NCBI GenBank assembly: GCA_965202585.1
Contig: OZ241827.1
Span: 55,986,001-56,050,000 of the forward strand
Source of the DNA: Thalia democratica
Taxonomy: Eukaryota
DNA length: 64,000 nt
Reading direction: 5' to 3'
Shown here piece by piece: positions 52,853 through 62,373 of this stretch. Each line of letters starts with the position of its first letter. Within the stretch, counting starts at the first letter, position 1. The notes beneath the pieces were generated by a model. That model did no database searches, was not told the origin of the DNA, and worked only from the letters and a program-made list of their open reading frames with translations. Made by a program: the position numbers and the translations under genes.

Positions 52853-54225
52853 ATGATTTTGTTTGGTAAGAAAAAAATTGCAAGCAATAATAATGATAAT
52901 AGCCATGACTTTGTCAAAACGTATGTCATAAAACAAAAAAAGGAAGATAGTGTCAGCCTTTATCCAAAACTTTATTGGAACCTCCTACCTCAGGTAAATA
53001 CAAGAGCTGATTGCCATGTTAGCCCGGAAAAAGAGGTTCAACGAAAATCAATTGATGTAGGCGGGCAAAAGTTAGATCACATTAAAAATGTACATGTCCC
53101 AATATTAAAAAGCAAAAAGTATGTGTGCTTGGCTTGTTCTGCGAACTACTTTGACTCTGCTGAAGTTTTGAAAGAACACATGCTTAAAAACCACTGTGAT
53201 GCCCAAAAAACAAAGTAAGCATTAGTTGCTCAGTTTTATATTTATTAACTACAATAAAGCAAAACCTATTGATAATTTAGATTCTTTTGTTACATTTTTT
53301 ATTAGGACATACATTTATTTGAAAACTCATATATTTTTTTGAGGTAAAATTTTAACAGATGTCTTAAACATAATATTTTTATTCTAATAACAGAATGGTA
53401 ATTAATTTGAAATAAGTTATATAATTTACATTTTAGTTAGATGAATTGTTATATATTTACTTATATAAATTGGTTTTCAGTCAGATTATAATTTGTTTCT
53501 TTTCTAACTTTAGTTTTGTTGGGAAACAAATGAGGTTTTGTATTGTATTCTATAACAGCTTTGTTTCGGTTGCTTAATTAAAAAAAAAAACTAGTACATA
53601 ATAATAATAATAATAATTATTATTAATATTATTCGAATGTCTTAAGGTTCTCTTCAAATTTTGTTTCATTACAAGGTTTGTTGAATTTTATTCAAATTTT
53701 ATATATACAAAAAAACTTTTTTTATCATTGTTCAATAAATTATTAAACTCAATAAATTATACCTGATAAACTATTAAAGTTATTTTGTAAAAATACATTT
53801 TGGTAATTTGATATGATAACTTCATGACTAATCACCCAATTCTTCATTTCTGAAAGGAAAAATAACAGAAAGTAATTGACACATAAAAATTATAACATAC
53901 CAGCTTTTAGAAACTTTATTCAAACAGGTGCCTGCTATGCTGCAAACCGTTCAACCGCCTTTCAAACCTGGTGAACCACATGCACACGCACATGGCCTCC
54001 TTCGGCGGTCAAGTGTGCCAGGTATGCCTCAACAAATCGTGCGGCAACACTAGAAAGTGCAAGGGGAGGCGCATTGTGTTTGTGTGTCGGCTGTGCGGGA
54101 GGCAGTTCAGCTGCAAGTACGAGCTGACCAGGCACATGAAGAGGCAGGAAAACAAGCCTCTGAGGCTGAGGTGCGACAATATTTTAGATCTCGTTCCTCA
54201 GAGTGAAAATGATGAAGTAAAGTAA
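52853..54225 (+). CDS. C2H2 zinc-finger protein (about 219 aa if ATG 52853 is the start); exons 52853-53214 and 53928-54225
   Basis: The phase-2 junction AA|gtaagc...cag|G joins YVCLACSANYFDSAEVLKEHMLKNH to KCLLCCKPFNRLSNLVNHMHTH, followed by FVCRLCGRQFSCKYELTRHMKRQ (last His lost). The 5' end is uncertain; there is an acceptor at 52805. Confidence 0.75.
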
Positions 54226-55706
54226 AATAATGATGAAGTATAGTAATAAGTTTTTTGGTTCTTGACTTTCTCGTACTTACTTTGCAGCAAACTTACTCAG
54301 CAGGTGTTCAAGCAAAATAATATTTTTTTACCTTGAACCATTTTAATTTGATGTTTAAGCAATTGTGTTTTTGTGGTGTTTAAAATTATGTTTAAATTTA
54401 TTACAGGTTGCCTTGGAAAGTATGAAAACTTTTAGTTTTTATTTAGACAAGCTTATTATACTATACACTCCAATTTTTGATGTCTCTAAAATATTATAAT
54501 TACATTGTTAGAAAAAAAAAACTTACTTTTTGTTGACAGGATTTTTATCCATTGTTTCTGAGACTGACGTTTTGGGCTAAATTAAAACTCTGTTCTTCAA
54601 TTAAAGTTTTTTTTTCAATATAGCGCTACCGCCTGATTTAATATTTAAAATTTTTACCAGTAATTTTAAAACATAAAGTTTTTTTAAAAGCATGTTTATA
54701 CATCACAGCTCACTATAATTATTGGTGTCACTAAACATTTGAATTTTTTTAATAGTACAAATAAATTTGTTATTTTGAGGTGCTACTTTTCATCAGTAAT
54801 TTTGTTAATTATTGTCAGTAATTTAGAATTTTTTTGTTTAAGTAACATATCATTTGATTTTATTAAGTTACGTGTTACAATCAAATGTTTTAAAAGAGGT
54901 ATGTTAGTTTGTAGCACATTAAGTAGAATTAACATTTTAAACGAGTACAGCTTAGATAACTTTATTTTGAGGTTTTTATATTTTAAAGTGCAGATTTTAA
55001 GTTTAAACTAAATATACAGTTTAGTAAAAAAAAAAGCATTTTTGAAATATTTTGCTTAAAGGCTTTTTTTACATAATTGTGTAAAATTGTTTAATTTTAT
55101 CTAGCTACCTGCCTCTACTTTAAAAAAAATAATTTTGTATTCATTATTCAAATTTGTTTCAATTATTTCTTTTTTCTTTTAATAACTTTTTTATACATTT
55201 AAATTGATACGTTAATAATGTTTACATTTAAAGTTTACTTTTTTTTAATGCTAAAACTTATTAAACTAGTAACTCAATTTTAAAACAAGTCTAACCAGCT
55301 AGCACTTTTTTAGCTAATCATCGTTTTACTTTATTTTATTCTAAAAAATGCGTTTTTAACTAAGTGAATAAACGTTATATTTTATAAAGGTACACACTGG
55401 TTTTTGTATGCAATATATCTACAAAAAGAAGTACTTGTTTTGCGCTTTAAGTTTATTTGAAAATAATTTTACTTTTCAACTAAACAAGGTCTACAGTCAA
55501 AAGTTGATTTAAAATAATCAAAAAGTATTTATTTTAATAAATAACTATAATAAATAGCTAAATATTTATTATAACAGCTTAAAAACAAGAATTTAATATT
55601 TATAAGCAATATAATTTATTGTTACACTATAAGCAGTTTTAGTGAAATTAATCACTTTGATAAGATATTTTTTATGAATATATATAAACTCATCAAAAGC
55701 AATTAT

Positions 55707-56080
55707 CAGGGTTACCACTCTTTGAGTAAAAAAGTCTTCCCTGAGTGACCAGTAACTTCACTTAATAACCTTAAACTTCCCTGAGTTTTTTCAAATCCTT
55801 AAAATTTTTATTATTTGTTAAAAATTATAATGTTAATTGTAAAAATATTGACGAACTGGCCGCAAGGCTAAAAATTATCTAAATAAGCTATTGAAAATTA
55901 ATTTAAAATTAACTTTTATAACAAAATATTGAACTGGATTAACTAAATCTCATTCTAGATATAAAAAAAAATTCCTTGAGATTTAAAAAAAAAACTTAAA
56001 ACTTCTTTGAGTTGAAAAAAAGTCAAAATTCCCTGAGATTTTCTATAATTTGAAAATTCCCTGAGTGTGTGGCAACCCTG
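55707..56080. mobile_element. MITE with CAGGGTTACCA/TGGCAACCCTG termini and internal TTCCCTGAG repeats
   Basis: Terminal inverted repeats at 55707 and 56070-56080, with about five ccctgag/cttgag motifs inside. Confidence 0.75.
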
Positions 56081-58767
56081 AATTAAAGATTAAAAAAAAA
56101 ATTTGAATAGCTATACTAATGTATTATTTATTTCTAATAGGGTTCCCTACATTACGACAATTTAAAATGAATTCCAGCTTTTTGAAAATTGGAGTGAGTA
56201 AGTAATTGAAAAACACACAAAATGCAAGCATATACTAAACATATTATTCTGATTAAATAATTTGAATCAAATTATTTATACCATCAATTTCTGTAGAAAA
56301 TAAAACAGTGTTATCTCATGGATAACAATTATTGAAAGTAGGTATAATTATCGGCAGTAGGTAGCCGAAATTGAATTTTAACATTTGTTTTGAAACTTAG
56401 CAAAATGATTTTATTATTTCGTTTACATAAACTAACTAACCACCTATCTAAATCAAGCAATGATTTTAATCGAACTAGTAAAAATATTTGATTATTTATT
56501 GGTAAAAGGAGTTTTAAAGTATGAACAAAACTTATATCCACAGCTTAAAGTATTATTATTGCCTAAAATACTTTAGAGAATTACACCTTTTACTAAAGTT
56601 TTTGTACTCAAAGTTTGCTGCGCCAAACTGTTTAAATTTCGTTAACAAACTTTAAAAATGAAGCTCAAGTTTTTTTTTTCTACTATAACCAAAGTAAACT
56701 AAAATTTGCTTGCTGACAATTTTTTTGCATTTTAGTTAAGTTGTTTAACTTATAGTATGTGTAGAGTTGAAATTAAATTGTTTAAAACAGTTTTAGTCTT
56801 TTATTAACCTAATCAAACCATACAACAAGTAATCTAAGATAACAAACTCCATAAATACTTACTTGAGATATATATTTATCATAATTATCAGTAGCAGAAT
56901 AAACCATAAGTAAATTTATATAAAATTTGCTTCTCAAAAGTAATAGCTGTATTAATTGTAATATTAATTAAACTGAAACAAACTTCTTGTTTATCCGTGT
57001 AAAAAAATACAAGGACTTTAAGTTAAGCACTAAAAGAAGTTATCAACTACCATAAAATGTTACAACTGAAAAGAAGTTAGTTTTTTTTACATTTAAAACC
57101 TTACTATAATAACTTTAATATTTAAAGATAAGTAGTACTACCTAAATGTTAAAACATATTAAATGCTTGTTTATTTAAAATTCTGTTATCTCTTAATATT
57201 AGAGAAAATTTAAAGTTTAATTTTGTGCTTTTATAGGAAAGTTGATATTTTCTTGCAAAACGTATTTTTGTTTAAACCTTGTTCTAAAAAGTTTGTTTAG
57301 TTTAAGCTATAGATAGAATATCATTTATTCAAAAAAAAAAGAAAAAAATAACTATTTTGTATCTGCCTCAAATACTCTCTTAGCTTCACAGTTTTTAAGA
57401 TTCTGCAATGATAAACATTTTTAAAAGCAACTTTTTGGTATTTTTCTCATTAAGTGCATAGTGTTTAAATGTTATAGTATTTATTTTTAAATTATTATTT
57501 AAAGAAGTTAAATAAAGTTTATGGTTAAATTCACTTTTTTTAAAGTAACTAAAACTACATAATAATTTATATTTATTCATTAAATTATAAAATGCTTTAA
57601 ATATTTCAATTAACTAAAAAATAACTTTTAGCATAATTTGCTGATAAAATTCAAGGTAAAAGTATTTCAGCTTATAAAAATTTTACCTTATTTAAAATGT
57701 TGTGATCATTTTCAAAGTATTTTCATGTCTGCTTTTAGTATTGTTTATTTCGTTTTATAAATTTATTTAAAGTTTGTTTTTTAAGTCTAAAAAAGTTCTC
57801 TACTTCTATGCTTATTCTTTTAAGTTTTAGGCTTAGATTAGACTTTATTTCAATTTTTATCTTATTAAACAAGTTTTTGAGGACATTATGAATAAAACAT
57901 TCTGAAGAAAACACACAACTTAGTTAATTTTCCTTTAATATTTTCTTTGCTATTCGTTCATTTTCTCGATTGTTTTATTTATTAAGATTTAAGATTCAGA
58001 ATATATAATATATTTTTTTTACTTTAAAGAAATTGTAAAAGCATGTGGTGTACGAATCGATAACCGAAAGATTTTTTCGTACATCAGGAGTTTAGACCAA
58101 ACTTTTTGAGCCCTTTTTTATCGTCAATAAACAATACATATAAAAATCATGTAGAAAACTTATTATTGTGCATAATAATTATAGCTTAAGTTTGTTAGTA
58201 TAACTTTCCTATCATGTATATAATTAATTAGTCAGAAGAGAAGCAAGTAAAAATCAACTTTATTATAACTAAACGAAGTTCATTATTGGAAATAAGTTTA
58301 TAATCAATCGTAATCGCACAAAAAAAAAACGCTCAAAATTAAACACAAAAAAGCTATTTACAATTTGTACAGTTTGTAATGTTCTTTCACAAATATGAGT
58401 TTAAAAGGCTTCTGAAGATAAAATCAACTTTTAGTAAAAAACTTTTCAGCTAAAACAAAAGTAAGATATAAAAATGCAATATAACTTGCTGTTTTTTGTA
58501 GAAAATAGAACTGATAGATTAAAGAGTTAAAAAATTTATGCTAATAATTTTATTGAAAATAAAAGTTAACAAAAAAAATGAAAGAAAAATTGACATTGAA
58601 AAATAAAACACAACGTGAAAATATGGAAGCACAAAATACATAATTTAAAATATTTACAAAAAGAAATCTTGCTTTTTTAGCAAAATTCTTTATCGACATG
58701 AACAACTCTTAAAAAGTAGACCCATTGAAAAAATAAAAAAACAATTTACACAAGTTTAAAGTTATTT

Positions 58768-59180
58768 ACAAGTATTAGCTCAACTATTTAAAGTTGTAGC
58801 ATTTATTGCACTGAGACCCAAAAAAGTTGCGAAGTAAAAAATTAAACACATATAGAAAATATAGAGATGTTATAGTAGTTTAAAAAAAAGATATATATAT
58901 GCACATAAACAATTTACAGAGTTTTAAGAGACTTAAACTAGTATAAAAATATAGAAGCTATTTAAGTATTTACAAAAGTTCAATATCTTCTAAGATGTGG
59001 CTTTAAATTCCAAGTTTAAAAAGAATACAGCAGGCTAAAATATGTACAAGAAAATCCAAAACGAATTGCAAGATTTTGCATTTGAAAAGTGAAAAAAGTG
59101 GAAACACATTATAAAATATATTAACAAGTATTAGCTCAACTATTTTAAGTTAAAGCATTTATTGCACTCGAAACCCGAAA
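58768..59180 (-). terminator. Duplicated ~55-bp cassette, each copy with AATAAA (58802-58807 and 59158-59163), downstream of the His-rich gene
   Basis: acaagtattagctcaactattt(a/t)aagtt..agcatttattgcact occurs at 58768 and 59124. Confidence 0.55.
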
Positions 59181-59348
59181 TTACATGTCATATATATTTT
59201 TAAAAGTTTTTATTATTATTTATGAAAACAAGGTGTAACTTAGACTATTCATCATAAAAATTTACAAATCAAAAAATTATATTTAAAATTGCAAAAATTT
59301 GATAAAATATGGCATATGTTCATTTTTATCGCCGACATGTACTTGTAG

Positions 59349-61651
59349 TTAGTAGTATGGTGGACCTGTAAAATGATGTTTAGCTTTTGAATGCTTATTA
59401 TTAAAGTTTTAAAAATATTTTTTGATAGACTTTTTTTTTTTTTTCAACTTTAATTTTAGTTGTTTTAGACCAGCGATTCTTAACCTGGGGTAATTTCCCA
59501 TGTATTAGGGGGTAAATTTTCTATATTACACTTTATGTAAATAAATTTTCATTAGTTATCTTATTAATTTAAAAGTTAGTTTTTAAATGTATTGTTTAAA
59601 AGTTAAATAAACTCTATAAATTTTACGATTTTATAAACTTCAAAAGAACTAAGTTCAAAAAATCTTTTTTTCCTCAAAACTGAACACTGTTTTATATATT
59701 GGGGGTTAATTTGTAATAACCTTCCAGAAAGGGGTAAAACATGAAAAAAAGGTTTTAAAACCGCTGTTTTAGTCGGTGCTGACTGCTGAGTTTTGTGAAA
59801 TAAAGAAACAAATGTATTATTATTTTTAACATATAAAATAAATGTTTTGTTTAAAATTTTGATCATGTACAGTTGTAAATACCAACAATTAAATTCAACA
59901 ATTAATTCTAAACAAACCTTGGGGTCTCGGGGGTCCGTAACCACGCGGAGGGGGTCCGTAACCAGGGTAACTGTTGGGAGGGTAATGGCCGCTAGGTGGA
60001 GCTGAAGGTGGATAACCCGGACCTGCTGCTGGCTGAAATAAAAAATAAATTGGTAGTTTTAATTAAATGTCATGTGTAGTTTTATTTTTATCAATGAAGA
60101 TAACTTTTAACAGAAAAAGGTTTTTTATAAAATGTTATTAATTTTTGAGTACTCTTTTTATTTTTACTTACAGCCTTTTTTTGTGACGGCTCTTCGTGTA
60201 TAGAAAAGTTAAATCAAGTATAAGGGAAATATTTGCAAATTATCACCTTAAAAACATATACAGTGTACTAACTTTTGCTTTTAGTTTGTAAAAAAATATT
60301 TTTTTGCAAGTCTTTTTTCGATATCATCAAACACGTATTTATATAATGAAATTTTACTTTTTGTTGTTAGTCAATAGTTTAGCTATCTAAACAAGATATT
60401 CGGTTTTGAACAAAATGAGCATTTAAAAAAATAACAAATAGGAAAAATGAAATATGCTTTTTGATAAAAACTATGTTATTAGTTTTTTGACATCGCTTAA
60501 AACCTACTTTGTAATAATTATAGTCAATTGAAACTAAAATTATTTTGGTGTGGTTTATACCTAATAAATTAAGTCGAATCGACGTGGCTGCTCACAAGGC
60601 TTGGTATAACAACAACGTATCATAGAATACAAAGAAAAAACGTTAGGTATGGCAAGAATAGTAATAGGAAACTAAATAATTAGACTTTTCATTTGATGTT
60701 TAAAGGGAGTTTTATTAAGTATATTAGACAGCTTTTACATAAACTTATCTTTGATTATTTTTTTCCTCTTTACTGTCGAAAAAGTGTTTGTTTCTAATAT
60801 AAGTTTAAAGCTTAATAAAGTTTTATAGATGCAAAAATAGTTTCATTTATTATTTTTGTTTTTTGTATTATTTTTAGAATAATTACATTTTTACGTTTCT
60901 AACTTCTTTGACACGACATTAAAAGATATTTTAGTGGTGTGCGACTCGATGGTCGAAGGCTTTTTTCGTGCACCAAATTCTAGGACCAAACATTTGAGCG
61001 TTTCTTTTTTGTCGTTGAATAAACAATACTTTTACACTTGAAAACTTAAAAGTTAATAAAAATACAGAATTGAAGATGTAATTAAAAAAAGTGAAAACCA
61101 TTCTGGGTGGTGGGGGGTGTCTGACTGGATGGTTGGGGTGGTGATGATGGTTGCCATGGTGATGGTGGTGGTGGTGATGATGGTGATGGTCGTTATGGGC
61201 GATCGCGGCAGCCGTGTGATTGGCCACTTCCCTACGATGAGCTGCTTCCGCTCTGTTTATGACGTCATTGAAAGAAATCGTTATGTATATATTTATACAT
61301 ATATCACGTTTGCAACGAGTTTCGAAAATAAATAAAAACAAACTAAAGAAATGAATCGTGACTATTCAAAAAAATATAGTAAAAAAATATATTTTCAACG
61401 TCAATATATAATATTCAAAGTCTGTTTAGTGCATATAATAAACGCGGTAGACTTAGTACCTTAGCAACAGCATGCATAAAAAGAATTGGTATCAAGTTTA
61501 TTATTTTGCTGCTGTTTTCCGCAACTAACCGATTGTGCATCTGGTTGCTCTTGTGCTCCAGCCTCACAGCTTTGCCGATGTCCCCGTGAAGAGCCGCGTT
61601 GATCGCCCTGTGGTGGAGTCTCTCCTCCTTCCGCTCCAGTCTCTGCTCTTG
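59349..61651 (-). CDS. Uncharacterised His-rich, Pro/Gly/Tyr-rich protein; exons 61651-61530, 61252-61099, 60032-59918, 59365-59349. First exon unresolved (candidate ATG|gttaat at 63677-63675)
   Basis: Phase-consistent splicing gives QEQRLERKEERLHHRAINAALHGDIGKAVRLEHKSNQMHNRAEAAHRREVANHTAAAIAHND(H)11GNHHHHPNHPVRHPPPPRMPAAGPGYPPSAPPSGHYPPNSYPGYGPPPRGYGPPRPQGPPYY*. The exons are GC-rich against AT-rich flanks. Confidence 0.85.
59471..59766. mobile_element. Charlie/Buster-type MITE in the last intron of the His-rich gene
   Basis: CAGCGATTCTTAACC...GGTTTTAAAACCGCTG; TSD TTTTAGAC / TTTTAGTC (7/8 match, nnnTAnnn). Confidence 0.75.
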
Positions 61652-62219
61652 CTGAAAAGTTGTACTTGTGTTAACAAGTAGTGAGTACTTTTGCGTCCTA
61701 CTTCTTTACAATTTTGATGAATTTTGCTTGCCAGAACTTTTTTAAACAAATGTAAAATTTAAGATTTGAACTATATTTTCAGTTTTTTAACCCAAACCAT
61801 GTATTTTTATGTCCTACTTGTTTACAATTTTGCTTGCCAGAACTTTTTTAAACTTTTTTTTTTGTAAACATTTAGATTAAATTGAAGCGTTGAGCTGTAT
61901 TAATTTATAACCTTTTTCCAATTTTTTAAACCAAACCAATGTAGTCTTTATAATATTGTGTTAGCTAAGTATACATATTTATAGACTAAACTTTTTCGAA
62001 AAAAATCATATTTTTAATTTTTTTTTTAGGTACAAACACTTTCTACTTTTGAAATTTTAGTTTAGTTTAAAGAAAATTTAAGTGTAAGTAACTACAAATT
62101 AGAGTTAATTAAATAAAAATTTAATGAAGTTGTGTTAAAGTTTTAATTTAAGAAAAAAGTTTAGTTTGTGATAAACATATTTAAACTATTATATATTGGA
62201 ACATAATTGACCAGTAATT

Positions 62220-62373
62220 ATACAATAAGATATACAAGACACATACATTTCAATAAAACTAGATATATTTCGAGCAATTCTCATCAGTAGAGTACAAAGC
62301 TAATAAAATATAAGATTTTGTTTTAATATATCTAGTTTTATTGGAATTGCGTGTCTTGTATATCTTATTGTAT
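62220..62373. mobile_element. Solo PLE terminal sequence arranged as an inverted repeat (arms 62220-62268 and 62326-62373)
   Basis: The reverse complement of about 62220-62300 matches the PLE 3' end at about 51523-51600. The two arms are reverse complements with a few mismatches. Confidence 0.85.
62259..62290 (-). ncRNA. Minimal type I hammerhead ribozyme (42 nt identical to the copy at 51532)
   Basis: The minus strand reads CTA-CTGATGA-GAATTGCTC-GAAA-TATA-TC|TAG. Confidence 0.7.

Noticed and set aside
56141-56193. Isolated exon-like unit (tctaatag / gtgagt)
   Set aside because: There is no frame link to the neighbouring genes and no recognisable peptide.
1542-61749. ORF-track entries opposite or out of frame with real exons (e.g. 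1542, 6249, 9259, 27433, 32283, 32324, 32989, 36088, 36920, 37106, 37174, 61117, 61564)
   Set aside because: These are shadow ORFs caused by GC-rich exons. The spliced frames explain these regions.
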